Part shown: piece by piece, positions 29,634-39,677 of the stretch
How the letters are laid out: each line of letters opens with the position of its first letter
Numbering within the stretch: the first letter of the stretch is position 1
NCBI GenBank assembly: GCA_964574355.1
Contig: CAZNMD010000002.1
Coordinates: 16,595 to 80,594 of the forward strand
Source: an uncultured Candidatus Saccharibacteria bacterium
GTDB lineage: Bacteria; Patescibacteriota; Minisyncoccia; Phycocordibacterales; DSPV01
Direction of reading: 5' to 3'
DNA length: 64,000 nt
Program-made: the position numbers and the translations under genes
The notes under the pieces: model-generated
Told to the model about the DNA's origin: nothing
Database searches by the model: none
Seen by the model: only the letters and a program-made list of their open reading frames with translations

Positions 29634-29722
29634 CGGAGAGGGTGGGATTCGAACCCACGGTCCAGTTTAACCCGGACAACACCTTAGCACGGTGCCGCTT
29701 TCGACCGCTCAGCCACCTCTCC
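29634..29722 (-). tRNA. tRNA-Ser (GCU)
   Basis: ggagagg/cctctcc acceptor, gcacc-gtGCTaa-ggtgt anticodon arm, long variable arm. Confidence 0.95.
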
Positions 29723-29810
29723 TTATATACTGCGGTTTTCACAATTTAGCACATATAGGAAGTGCTGGCACGATATTTTTAGGATAATGCGCAAGGTTTG
29801 TTATCATTGA

Positions 29811-30992
29811 ATGATGCGAGGAGACGGGTTGTCTTATTTCTTGATAGTAGCCGCCTTTTTTGTAGGAGGTTTTTTTGTGCCGGTCAGTGCTACTCTTGCT
29901 CAAGAGGTGATGCCTGATTCAGTAACTACCATGAAAGCTCGTGTGCTTGAGGTAATCGATGAACAGGTAAAAGAGATTCCGGGCACAAACACAAAAAGTA
30001 CGTATCAAACGGTGCGCGTAGTTATTCTTGATGGTGAAGAACGGGGTATGGAAGTTACCGTAGAAAACGATTATTTGAAATTAAAGCAGGGCGAAGTCTT
30101 TTATTTGGTTCATACTGTTGGGGCGTTTGATGGCAGTAATTATTATTCTGTCTCTGAACCATACCGCATGCCGGTCATATATTTCTTTATTGCGCTCTTC
30201 ATTCTTGTGGTGTTAGTTTTCGGGGGCATACAAGGGTTGCGAGGGTTGCTTGCTTTGCTCGGTAGTTTCCTTTTTATTTTCTATTTGTTATTCCCAGGAA
30301 TTTTGGGAGGGTATTCACCCATCGCGGTTAGTATTGTTGTGTCGTCACTTATTGTTGTGCTTGGTTCGTATGTGACACATGGGTTTAACAAAACAACAAC
30401 GACTGCTGTTGTAGGTATGATTGTCACGATTTTGTTTACTGGAGCGCTTGCGTATGCAGCTGTTCATTTCGGGAGATTGAGCGGGTTTGAAAGTGATGAG
30501 GCTGTGTATTTGAACTTCGATACGGGAGGAGTGATTGATTTTTCAGGTCTATTGTTGGGCGGAATTTTGATTGGATTGCTTGGTGTATTGTATGACGCCG
30601 CGATTGGTCAATCGATTGCGGTTGAAGAACTTCATCGTGTCGCTCCACATTTACCACGGCGAATTATTTTTGCTCGAGCGGTCCGTATTGGCAGGGAGCA
30701 TATTGGAGCGTTGGTAAATACTCTCGCGATTGCCTATGTCGGAGCATCTTTGCCACTTTTATTGCTGTTTTATTCTTCAGCAACTCAGTGGAGCGTATTG
30801 GTGAATCGAGAGATTTTTGCGGCGGAAATTATGCGTACTATGATTGGCAGTATTGGTTTGGTTCTGGCGGTACCGATTACGACAGTTATTGCGGTGTGGG
30901 TATTGGTGAAGAAAAAGGAAGGAGAAAATCAGGAAGTTGTAGAAAAAGAATTAGAAACTATTGATCATATGTCGCATAGTCATCACCACTAA
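29811..30992 (+). CDS. YibE/F-family membrane protein
   Basis: GLLGVLYDAAIGQ, VNTLAIAYVGASLPLL and GSIGLVLAVPIT motifs. Confidence 0.9.
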   Translation: MMRGDGLSYFLIVAAFFVGGFFVPVSATLAQEVMPDSVTTMKARVLEVIDEQVKEIPGTNTKSTYQTVRVVILDGEERGMEVTVENDYLKLKQGEVFYLVHTVGAFDGSNYYSVSEPYRMPVIYFFIALFILVVLVFGGIQGLRGLLALLGSFLFIFYLLFPGILGGYSPIAVSIVVSSLIVVLGSYVTHGFNKTTTTAVVGMIVTILFTGALAYAAVHFGRLSGFESDEAVYLNFDTGGVIDFSGLLLGGILIGLLGVLYDAAIGQSIAVEELHRVAPHLPRRIIFARAVRIGREHIGALVNTLAIAYVGASLPLLLLFYSSATQWSVLVNREIFAAEIMRTMIGSIGLVLAVPITTVIAVWVLVKKKEGENQEVVEKELETIDHMSHSHHH

Positions 30993-31069
30993 TACTATGA
31001 AACTCATTTCTCTGAATGTTGAAGGTGATTAATCTTTTTTGAAAAAATAAAAAAAGAAAGGGTTAGTTG

Positions 31070-31783
31070 TTACGAAATGAGTGTTCCAATATCGCCTCCT
31101 TCAACAATTGATTTGATGTTTCCCTTGGTGAGTAAATCAAAAACGCGGATGGGAAGCGCGTGTTCGCGGGCCATAGAAATTGCTGCTCCATCCATTACCT
31201 TAATATCTTGATTTTGTAAGGCGTCGCTGTAAGAAATAGTTTTTAGTTTTTCTGCATCGGGGTATTTCACTGGGTCTTTGGTGTATACACCATCTACTTT
31301 TGTCGCTTTTAATACAAGTTCACAATCTAATTCAAGCGCAGTTGAAACGGCGGCGGTGTCGGTGGTGACGTAAGGGTTTCCGGTACCGCCAGAGACAATA
31401 ACAACTCGACCTTTTTCAAGGTGACGAATAGCTCGACGTCGAATGAAAGGCTCCGCGACGCTGTTTATTGGAATACGTGTTTGAAGGCGGGCGGGCTGTT
31501 TGTTGTGTTCGAGAACGTCAACGAGCGCCATGCCGTTCATAATTGTTGCGAGCATGCCCATGTAGTCTGCGGTCGCCCGCTCAATCATTAGTTCTTGTTT
31601 TGCGAGTGTTGCGCCGCGAATAAAGTTGCCGCCACCAACAACGATAACGATTTGTGCTTTTGTTTCGGTAACAACGTTTTGAATTTCTTTTGCTAACTCT
31701 GAAATAAAATTAAGATCAATACCGAAATTATTTTTCCCTGCAAATTGTTCCCCTGAAAGTTTAAGAAGAATTCGTTTGTTCAT
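31070..31783 (-). CDS. pyrH: UMP kinase
   Basis: LLKLSGE, GGGNFIRG, DYMGML and GNPYVTTDT. Confidence 0.97.
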   Translation of the reverse strand: MNKRILLKLSGEQFAGKNNFGIDLNFISELAKEIQNVVTETKAQIVIVVGGGNFIRGATLAKQELMIERATADYMGMLATIMNGMALVDVLEHNKQPARLQTRIPINSVAEPFIRRRAIRHLEKGRVVIVSGGTGNPYVTTDTAAVSTALELDCELVLKATKVDGVYTKDPVKYPDAEKLKTISYSDALQNQDIKVMDGAAISMAREHALPIRVFDLLTKGNIKSIVEGGDIGTLIS

Positions 31784-31793
31784 ATGCCTTATT

Positions 31794-32810
31794 TTACCTT
31801 AAGTAGTGTTCAATATTTTTCTTATGATCTTCGTAGGTTTTTGCACAATGAGTAGTTCCTGATGTGTCGTGGAGGTAATATACGCAGTCAGTTTTTTGTG
31901 GATACAACACAGCTTTGATAGCGTCAGTACCAGGATTTGCGATGGGGCGGGGAGGAAGGCCGGTGTATTTGTAGGTGTTGTACGGAGAGTCAGTTTGTTT
32001 GTCAGCGATCGTAATTGGTGCCCAAAAACCTTGGCCGGTATTACCACGTACATATTGCAAAGTCGCGTCAATATCGAGTTTCATGTTTGAAAGAAGACGG
32101 TTCCAAATAATTCCTGCAATAAGAGGCATATCTTTTTTATCAGAGGCTTCGCGTTGGACGAGTGAGGCGATTTTTAACAGAGTGGTCCATTTTATATTTT
32201 GTGCGTTCGCTTCTTTTACAAAAGGGGCAAATTTTTCTTCGAAGTTTGCTCGCATGCGTTTTGCTACATCGTTTGTTGATTGGTCGACGGGGATCAAATA
32301 GGTGTCGGGGAAGTACACGCCTTCGGTGTGGTCAGCGTCTGGAGCGGTGTCAGCTGTAATCCAGGTTTGTTTTTCGGCAGCGCTCCAGCCGAGCGTTGTT
32401 GTTAGAATTTCGGCAATTTCTTCTTTTCGTAATCCTTCTGGAATAACAACCCATTTCATGTAGGGTTCTTTTTTTAAAACTTGGGCGATTGTCCAAGGAC
32501 TCATTGATCTTGAAATTTGATAGCCGCCCGGTTTAATTTCTTTGATTCCTTGGAGTTTTAGTACATAGGTGAAAAACAAATTTTGATTAATGGTAAGGTA
32601 GCCTTCATACATAAGAAGTTCTGTAATATTCACAGCGGATTCTATACCTAAGGGAACAATAAAGCGTTTGGTTTCAGTACTGGTCTGTCGAGCTTGAAAA
32701 ACATTTCGATACACTTCAAAACAAAAGGTAAGTAAGAGGAGGCTAAATATACCGATAATGATCCAGCGTAGAAAGTGTGATTTTTTTGGTGGGTTAATCT
32801 CTGTGTTCAT
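31794..32810 (-). CDS. mltG: Endolytic transglycosylase MltG
   Basis: N-terminal TM, EGVYFPDTY, ASLVQRE and SPYNTY..GLPPRPIANPG. Confidence 0.93.
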   Translation of the reverse strand: MNTEINPPKKSHFLRWIIIGIFSLLLLTFCFEVYRNVFQARQTSTETKRFIVPLGIESAVNITELLMYEGYLTINQNLFFTYVLKLQGIKEIKPGGYQISRSMSPWTIAQVLKKEPYMKWVVIPEGLRKEEIAEILTTTLGWSAAEKQTWITADTAPDADHTEGVYFPDTYLIPVDQSTNDVAKRMRANFEEKFAPFVKEANAQNIKWTTLLKIASLVQREASDKKDMPLIAGIIWNRLLSNMKLDIDATLQYVRGNTGQGFWAPITIADKQTDSPYNTYKYTGLPPRPIANPGTDAIKAVLYPQKTDCVYYLHDTSGTTHCAKTYEDHKKNIEHYLR

Positions 32811-32829
32811 AGTAGTAAGTGTATCAATA

Positions 32830-33507
32830 TTAATGTGCCAAGGCGTACGATCGGATTTTTCGAGCACCAGCCTGTTTTAGTGCTCGTCTGGCTTCTTTAA
32901 GAGTGGTGCCGGTGGTCACAACATCGTCGATAAGAATAATTGCCTTTCCCGAAACAAGTGCGGGATTAGCGCGAAACGCTCCGGCAAGATTTTCTATTCG
33001 TGCTGTTTTGTTTTTGAGTGCTGTTTGGCTTGGTGCATTTTTTATGCGAATCAGCGCGTGTGGTGTATGTGAAAAATTCTTTTCTTGATCGAGGGTTGCA
33101 ATCACGTGGGTAACGAGTTCTACTTGGTTATAGCCGCGGGAGCGTTGTCGGGCAGGAGAGAGGGGTATTGGGATAATGAGTGGTTTTTCAAAAGAGGAGT
33201 AGGTTCCTAGATTTGCGTTATCTTCTAGCAAAAGGTCGTATAAGGTTGTTCCTAATAAACGCGCGGCATCAGTATTTCCCCGATATTTGAGTGTATGTAT
33301 AGTGTTTCGAACAAAGTGATTTTTGTAAGAGTAGAGAACAGATACAGGTTTGGGCTCATGAAGACATGGTTCGCTATGAGTTACAAATGAGGAAGGGGTC
33401 ATGGTACGCAATTTCATCTCAAAAACGTTTTGGGGAAAAAGAAAATCAAGTAGTTCTCTGTAGAGGTTTCTTAGGTATTCTTGTATACGGAAAGGAAGAA
33501 TACTCAT
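32830..33507 (-). CDS. comF: ComF-family phosphoribosyltransferase-like competence protein
   Basis: PIPLS, RGYNQ and LIDDVVTTGTT motifs. Confidence 0.9.
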   Translation of the reverse strand: MSILPFRIQEYLRNLYRELLDFLFPQNVFEMKLRTMTPSSFVTHSEPCLHEPKPVSVLYSYKNHFVRNTIHTLKYRGNTDAARLLGTTLYDLLLEDNANLGTYSSFEKPLIIPIPLSPARQRSRGYNQVELVTHVIATLDQEKNFSHTPHALIRIKNAPSQTALKNKTARIENLAGAFRANPALVSGKAIILIDDVVTTGTTLKEARRALKQAGARKIRSYALAH

Positions 33508-33549
33508 AGGCTCATGATACAATAAAGCCCAAATGATGGGCTGATCGAT

Positions 33550-34677
33550 ATGGATTTTTCGTTTGATAAATTAAAAAAAATCGTTACTTCGTTCCGTAGC
33601 AAAGGTGCGGCTCTTGGTATTGATATTGGGTCTTCTTCTATAAAGGTTGTTCAGCTTTCGCGAAAAAATGGGAGAGTTGTTCTTGATACGTATGGCGCAC
33701 TTGCACTTGGGCCGTATGCAGGTATTGAAATTGGTCGGGCGACAGCTCTTTCTTCGGCGAAGCTGTCCGAGGTGTTGGTAGATCTTTTTCGTGAGGCACA
33801 AGTGACCAGTAAAGAATGTGGGGTGTCTATTCCTCTCGCTTCTTCGTTGGTTACGACGATTGAAATGCCACAGATAGAAGAGAAAGATTTGGTTCAAATG
33901 GTGCCGATTGAGGCGCGAAAGTATATTCCTGTCTCAATAAATGAAGTGGCCCTTGATTGGTGGGTGGTTCCTCAGCCTGAAGATGCAACTGTTTTGGGGA
34001 ATGAGCCAAATATGAGGCCAAAGATGCTCAATATTCTCTTGGTAGTGATTTTAAATGAGGTCTTGCAACGCTATCAAGAAGTGGTGACACAATCGCAGTT
34101 GGTCTCATCTTTTTTTGAAGTTGAAATTTTTAGTACGATTCGTTCGGTTGTTGACGGTGGAGGTATGCGTCCGACAATGGTTGTTGATTTTGGTGCAGCG
34201 ACAACAAAAATTTATATTATTGAGCAAGGGGTGGTGCGTTTTTCTCACACGATAAACAAGGGTGCGCAAGATATTACTCTTGTTCTTGCGAATACATACG
34301 GTGTTTCTATTGCTGAAGCAGAAAACTTTAAACGCCGCGAAGGTCTTGATGGTGTATATGGGGGTAAATCAATCAGGGATACGGCGGATGTGGTATTACG
34401 CTACGTATTTACTGAAGCAAATAATGTTTTGCTTAATTACGAAAAACGTCACGGCAAAAGTATTGAGCGGGTGTATCTGACGGGAGGCGGTTCAACCCTT
34501 AAAGGAATATTAGAAGTAGCAAAAACAGTTTTTGAAACTGAATTATCGCTCGGAGATCCGTTTTCTAAAGTTCAAACACCGGCATTTATGGAGGCGGTCT
34601 TAGCTGAGGTTGGTCCGGAGTTTGCCGTTGCAGTAGGTATCGCGCTTCGAAAGCTTTCTGAACAAGAAGGTGAATAG
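33550..34677 (+). CDS. pilM: Type IV pilus assembly protein PilM
   Basis: GIDIGSSSIKVV, VDFGA, LTGGG and AVAVGIALR. Confidence 0.93.
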   Translation: MDFSFDKLKKIVTSFRSKGAALGIDIGSSSIKVVQLSRKNGRVVLDTYGALALGPYAGIEIGRATALSSAKLSEVLVDLFREAQVTSKECGVSIPLASSLVTTIEMPQIEEKDLVQMVPIEARKYIPVSINEVALDWWVVPQPEDATVLGNEPNMRPKMLNILLVVILNEVLQRYQEVVTQSQLVSSFFEVEIFSTIRSVVDGGGMRPTMVVDFGAATTKIYIIEQGVVRFSHTINKGAQDITLVLANTYGVSIAEAENFKRREGLDGVYGGKSIRDTADVVLRYVFTEANNVLLNYEKRHGKSIERVYLTGGGSTLKGILEVAKTVFETELSLGDPFSKVQTPAFMEAVLAEVGPEFAVAVGIALRKLSEQEGE

Positions 34678-34833
34678 AGCTTCCCCAAGGCGAAGCCTAG
34701 GTGTTGAGCCTATATGCCCTCCTCGGTTCGGAAATGAAAATGAGGACATGTTCATTTCGCTCACTCTACGTTGGTTATAAACAGGGGAGAGGATATAGAC
34801 CATTCAGGGTATAATAAAAAGAGTATTCACGAG

Positions 34834-35442
34834 ATGGATGCAAAGTTTTCAACGTCTTTTATTCCCAAACAGAACATGGCGAAAGCCGTGCAGCCTTTTC
34901 GTTCGTCGAGTATCAGCGTTCTTGCTATAGCGGGTATAGCTGTTTTTATTGTCGTTATTGCTCTTGGTGCTGGAATATTTTTGTACAATCAAAATCTTCG
35001 AGCTGAGTTGAAAAAGCTTGATAGTGAGATTGCTGATCGCAAGGCTTCGTTTGAGCTTGGAAAAATTGATGAGGTGAAAATTTTTAGTCGGCGGATGACT
35101 ACGGCAAAGAATCTCCTTTCGGGACACATTGCATTTACTCAGTTCTTTACCATTCTTGAGGAGAATACGATGCCAAATGTTTCTTTTAAAAACCTTTCGT
35201 ATCAAATGCTTCCTGTCGGTGCGCGTGTTCAAATGCAAGGAATTGCAGATGGTTTTTCTGCGATCGCTCTTCAATCTGATACATTTATCGCCCAACCAGA
35301 GCTTTCTGGGCATATCTTTTCTGATTTTAAATTAAAGTCGAATGGGTTTGTTGAATTTAGTTATGAAACAATAGTGGCGAAAACAGCAGTTTCTTACTCG
35401 TCACTCATCAATGCCGCGGAGGCTGAAGAAGAAATTGAATAA
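34834..35442 (+). CDS. PilN-like pilus assembly protein
   Basis: TSFIPK, TM segment and coiled coil; synteny. Confidence 0.7.
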   Translation: MDAKFSTSFIPKQNMAKAVQPFRSSSISVLAIAGIAVFIVVIALGAGIFLYNQNLRAELKKLDSEIADRKASFELGKIDEVKIFSRRMTTAKNLLSGHIAFTQFFTILEENTMPNVSFKNLSYQMLPVGARVQMQGIADGFSAIALQSDTFIAQPELSGHIFSDFKLKSNGFVEFSYETIVAKTAVSYSSLINAAEAEEEIE

Positions 35443-35444
35443 TT

Positions 35445-36038
35445 ATGAATCGTATCTTACCAATTATTTTGCTCGCCTCCTCCGTCTGGGTAGTTTTAGG
35501 TTTTATTAAACCGCAGTTTGCTGATATGGAGGTAACAAAAGGTTTGATTGAAGAAAGAAAACAAACATTGAATGACGCTGAACGAGTGATTGAGCGGCGA
35601 GATCAGATTATGGCTGAATATGCGTCAATTAGTGACGAACAAGTTGCTCGTCTTAACATGCTTCTCCCTGATAGGGCTGATGGGGTGCGCGGCGCGTTGG
35701 AACTTTTTGTTTTGGCTCATGCGTATGGGCTTACGATGAAAGATATAACGGTGAGTTCACAAGCTCCAACTACAAAAAAAACTTCTCCGGCTCAAGCTTC
35801 TGTTGATCCTTCGACTGTCGCTGCCGATGGATCCCCAATTCAGGCGTATAAGAGTTCACCTATCACTGTTACTTTCACAGGAGAGTACGAAGCCTTTCTT
35901 GCGTTTCTTACTGATCTTGAAAGTAGTTTACGTTTAGCAGATCTTGTTGGAGTTGTTATCGACGCCCGACCGAATGAAGAAGACAGCGAAGAGTATACCT
36001 ACGTACTTACTCTTGATTTCTATGAATACGTGATCTAA
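35445..36038 (+). CDS. PilO-like pilus assembly protein
   Basis: TM segment, LLP and GEYEAFLAFLTDLESSLRL; synteny. Confidence 0.75.
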   Translation: MNRILPIILLASSVWVVLGFIKPQFADMEVTKGLIEERKQTLNDAERVIERRDQIMAEYASISDEQVARLNMLLPDRADGVRGALELFVLAHAYGLTMKDITVSSQAPTTKKTSPAQASVDPSTVAADGSPIQAYKSSPITVTFTGEYEAFLAFLTDLESSLRLADLVGVVIDARPNEEDSEEYTYVLTLDFYEYVI

Positions 36039-36042
36039 ATCT

Positions 36043-36366
36043 ATGGACGCACTTAAACAAAACAAAACACTTTTAATTGTCTTCGCAGTCACTTTTATGA
36101 TTGCGGCTGTGTACTATTTTAGTCGAGGAGATACGGCAACGATTGATGGCCCTCTTGTTGAGTCAACCTATACTATTTCACCGAGCGCTTCAGAGGTGCT
36201 TGAGGCGCTTCGAATGTTGGAGAGTTTTAAATTTGACGCATCTCTCTTTTCTGATCCTGCATTTTTGTCTCTGCAGGATTTTACCGTACCTATCACTCCG
36301 CTTGATCCTGGTCGAAGGAATCCATTTGAGCCGTTACCAGGAGCGGAAGATGAGGAGGGGGAATAG
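36043..36366 (+). CDS. Pilus-associated membrane protein (PilP-like position)
   Basis: TM segment and GRRNPFEP motif; synteny. Confidence 0.6.
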   Translation: MDALKQNKTLLIVFAVTFMIAAVYYFSRGDTATIDGPLVESTYTISPSASEVLEALRMLESFKFDASLFSDPAFLSLQDFTVPITPLDPGRRNPFEPLPGAEDEEGE

Positions 36367-38103
36367 TTGAAAGTACATAACTCTATGGGAATACTAGAAA
36401 CACTTGTTGAAAAAAAGATTATTGGCCGAGAAGATCTCGAGGCTATTAAAGATGAGCTTCGTGAGGGAAAGAAACCCGTCGAAGAAATTTTGGAACTTCA
36501 TGGTGTTAGTGAGGCGGATATCCTTTTTGCGAAAGGTGCGGCTGTTGGAATTCCGACTCGTAGTTTAGAGAATGTGAATGTTCCATTTGAGGTGTTGAAG
36601 TATGTTCCTGAGGAATCAGCCCAACATTATCGTTTCGTACCAATTGCTATTGAGGAGGGTGCGCTTGAGATTGGTATTGTTAATCCGGAAGATTTGGAAG
36701 CGCGTGATGCTATTACCTTTGCCGCTGCCAGGGCGGGTATGCCGTATAAACTCTTTTTAATAACAGAAGCTGATTTTGACCGTGTTATCCAAACATATCG
36801 AGGTCTTTCAGGTGAGGTTACAAAAGCTCTTTCTGAACTTGAGTCGGAGATTTCAACAGAAGAGGCTGAGTTAAGCAAACAAAAGAAAAAAGGAGTTCGT
36901 GAGCCTGTTGATACAAAGATTATCGAAGATGCTCCCGTTACAAAAATTGTGGCAACAATTCTTCATTACGCGGTGGAGGGCGCAGCTTCGGATATTCACG
37001 TTGAGCATTTGGGTGACAAGATTCGAGTTCGTTTTCGAGTCGACGGTATCTTGAACACATCTTTAACACTTCCAGCAAAAGTTCATGCGGCTGTCGTCGC
37101 TCGTATAAAAATTCTCTGTAATATGCGTCTCGATGAGAAAAGAAAGCCTCAAGATGGTCGTTTTTCTGCACGTATTGGTGGTAGAAAAGTAGATTTTCGT
37201 GTTTCTACTTTTCCTGCATATTTTGGTGAAAAAGTGGTTATGCGTATTTTGGATAGTGAAAAGGGAGTGTTGCCTGTTGATGCGCTTGGTTTATCAAAAA
37301 GAAATGTTCAACTTATTCGAGACGCGATTGATCGGCCGTATGGAATGATTCTTATTTCTGGTCCGACTGGTTCTGGTAAATCAACCACACTGTATTCGAT
37401 GTTGAATGAGATTGATCGTGATACGGAAAACGTTTTGTCTCTTGAAGATCCAGTTGAATATAACATTCCAGGAATGAACCAGTCACAAGTTCATCCAGAA
37501 ATTGGATATACATTTGCTTCTGGTTTGCGTTCTACGTTGCGTCAGGACCCTGATGTCATCATGGTGGGTGAGATTCGAGATAAAGAAACTGCACAGCTTG
37601 CTATTCAGGCAGCTTTGACGGGTCACTTAGTGCTTTCAACCATTCACACCAACAATGCAACAGGAGTTATTCCTCGTCTTATAGATATGGGTGTTGATCC
37701 TTATTTAATTGCGCCAACGTTGATTCTCGCTGTTGCTCAGCGTCTTGTGAAGCGACTTTATCCAAATACTGGAACGAAGTTGCCAGTTGAAGGAAGTATT
37801 AAGTTGATGCTTGAAAAACAGTTTGCAGACTTACCTCATGAAATTAGGGACCAGGTTCCGTTTGGTGAGTTTGTGTATCAGGCTGAGCCGACGGCTGAGT
37901 GTCCAACAGGTACTCGTGGACGTATTGCTGTTGTTGAAATGCTTTCGATGAACAATGAACTTGAGCAGGCGATTCTCCACAATCCTACAGAGCCTGCTAT
38001 TATGGATATTGCCAGAAAGCAGGGAATGCTCACGATGAAAGAGGATGCGATTTTAAAAGCATTCGATCGCGTCATTCCTTTTGAAGAAGTCAGTACGTTG
38101 TAA
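36367..38103 (+). CDS. pilB: Pilus assembly ATPase PilB/GspE
   Basis: ASDIH, GPTGSGKST, RQDPDVIMVGEIRD and TGHLVLSTIH. Confidence 0.95.
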   Translation: MKVHNSMGILETLVEKKIIGREDLEAIKDELREGKKPVEEILELHGVSEADILFAKGAAVGIPTRSLENVNVPFEVLKYVPEESAQHYRFVPIAIEEGALEIGIVNPEDLEARDAITFAAARAGMPYKLFLITEADFDRVIQTYRGLSGEVTKALSELESEISTEEAELSKQKKKGVREPVDTKIIEDAPVTKIVATILHYAVEGAASDIHVEHLGDKIRVRFRVDGILNTSLTLPAKVHAAVVARIKILCNMRLDEKRKPQDGRFSARIGGRKVDFRVSTFPAYFGEKVVMRILDSEKGVLPVDALGLSKRNVQLIRDAIDRPYGMILISGPTGSGKSTTLYSMLNEIDRDTENVLSLEDPVEYNIPGMNQSQVHPEIGYTFASGLRSTLRQDPDVIMVGEIRDKETAQLAIQAALTGHLVLSTIHTNNATGVIPRLIDMGVDPYLIAPTLILAVAQRLVKRLYPNTGTKLPVEGSIKLMLEKQFADLPHEIRDQVPFGEFVYQAEPTAECPTGTRGRIAVVEMLSMNNELEQAILHNPTEPAIMDIARKQGMLTMKEDAILKAFDRVIPFEEVSTL

Positions 38104-38123
38104 TATTAAAAACTAAAAGCACA

Positions 38124-38579
38124 TTGATGGAAAATCAAATTGATGTATCAAAGGGTGATGTCAAGGAAGCTGTGAAGTCGACATCTGTCCATGCAGGAGA
38201 GAAGGTTTTCATCATTGATGATGATAGTTTTTTAACAAATATGTACAGCTTGAAGTTCAAGCAACAAGGCTTTTTGGTTGAGGTAGCTTCAAGTGGTCCT
38301 ATGGCACTCGAAAAATTAAAAAGTGGGTATAAACCTGACTTGATGCTTGTGGATGTTGTTATGCCAGCAATGGACGGGCTTGAATATCTTGAAGCGGTGA
38401 GGAAAGATCACCTTGCCGACGATACTGTTATTATCGTTCTTACTAATCAGAGCCAACAAACAGATATCGAGCGGGCAAAAAAAGTCGGAGTACACGGGTA
38501 TATTATTAAAGCGAGTACCATACCGTCAGAGGTTCTTGCGGAGACAATAAAAGTATTAGAGGCTGCCAAGAAAAAATAA
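38124..38579 (+). CDS. Single-domain response regulator (receiver)
   Basis: IIDDD, DVVMPAMDG, LTN and K motifs. Confidence 0.9.
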   Translation: MMENQIDVSKGDVKEAVKSTSVHAGEKVFIIDDDSFLTNMYSLKFKQQGFLVEVASSGPMALEKLKSGYKPDLMLVDVVMPAMDGLEYLEAVRKDHLADDTVIIVLTNQSQQTDIERAKKVGVHGYIIKASTIPSEVLAETIKVLEAAKKK

Positions 38580-38583
38580 AATT

Positions 38584-39651
38584 ATGCCAACAGATTATCG
38601 AAAAGATATAGATCGTTTAATAGAAATTGTTATTCATGAGGGTGGATCAGATATTCACTTATCGCCCGGATACCGACCGATTATCCGTGTGTCTGGTTTT
38701 TTGATTCCTGTTGGTGATGATGCTCTTCTTACAAGAGAAGATACAGAGGCCTATTTAGCGGCCTTGACCACAAAGGAAAATTTTGCTGTTTTTCAACAAA
38801 AAAGAGAGATTGATTTCTCGTATGTTTATAAAGGGGAAGCTCGTTTTCGAGGTAATGCGTTTGTGACTCAAGGAGGGATTGGTATTGCTCTGCGTTTAAT
38901 TCCAAAACGTATTAAAAATGTTGCTGAGTTAAATCTCCCAACCGTTCTTGAATCTTTTGCGTCAAAACAACAAGGTTTTTTCTTGGTTGTGGGACCAACT
39001 GGTCATGGTAAATCAACAACGCTTGCGGCCCTCATACAGTTGATTAATGAAACAAGGGCGGAGCACATTATTACTATTGAAGATCCTATTGAGTTTGTGT
39101 ATACCCCGGTTAAGTCGCTTATTGATCAGCGAGAGGTATTAAATGATACGGCTGATTTTCAGACAGCGCTTTCGGCAATGTTTCGTCAGGATGTGGATGT
39201 CGTATTAATCGGTGAGATGCGAAACGCTGAGACGATGTCAGCGGCGGTGACCGCGGCTGAAACAGGTCACCTTGTTTTCTCAACGCTTCATACCAATAAT
39301 GCAGCGCAAACAATTGATCGTATTATTGATTCGTTTGATGCTGCTCAACAACAGCAAATTCGTCTTCAGCTCGCAGCTTCTCTCACGGGAATTTTTTCAC
39401 AGCGTCTTGTTCCGCGTATTTCAGGTGGTCTTATTCCGGCCTATGAACTTCTTGTGGCAAATAATGCGGTCGCAAATCTTATTCGTGACCAACGAACACA
39501 TGAAATTAATACAGCTATTGAGACGGGAATGGAAAGTGGCATGATTGATTTGAATCGCACGCTTGCAAATCTTGTCCGCGCGGGAGAAATCACAGTGGAA
39601 AACGCTTACAGCCAGTCTTTCAATTCGAAACTCCTAGAGAAATATCTGTAG
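38584..39651 (+). CDS. pilT: Pilus retraction ATPase PilT
   Basis: GPTGHGKST, EDPIE, AETGHLVFSTLH and AVANLIRD (AIRNLIRE-like). Confidence 0.95.
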   Translation: MPTDYRKDIDRLIEIVIHEGGSDIHLSPGYRPIIRVSGFLIPVGDDALLTREDTEAYLAALTTKENFAVFQQKREIDFSYVYKGEARFRGNAFVTQGGIGIALRLIPKRIKNVAELNLPTVLESFASKQQGFFLVVGPTGHGKSTTLAALIQLINETRAEHIITIEDPIEFVYTPVKSLIDQREVLNDTADFQTALSAMFRQDVDVVLIGEMRNAETMSAAVTAAETGHLVFSTLHTNNAAQTIDRIIDSFDAAQQQQIRLQLAASLTGIFSQRLVPRISGGLIPAYELLVANNAVANLIRDQRTHEINTAIETGMESGMIDLNRTLANLVRAGEITVENAYSQSFNSKLLEKYL

Positions 39652-39677
39652 GTTCATCTGAACAAAAATAGCTCAAA

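Noticed and set aside
34678-34833. Intergenic gap between pilM and pilN with short palindromes
   Set aside because: Single imperfect hairpins with no second copy found in the window; insufficient support for an element
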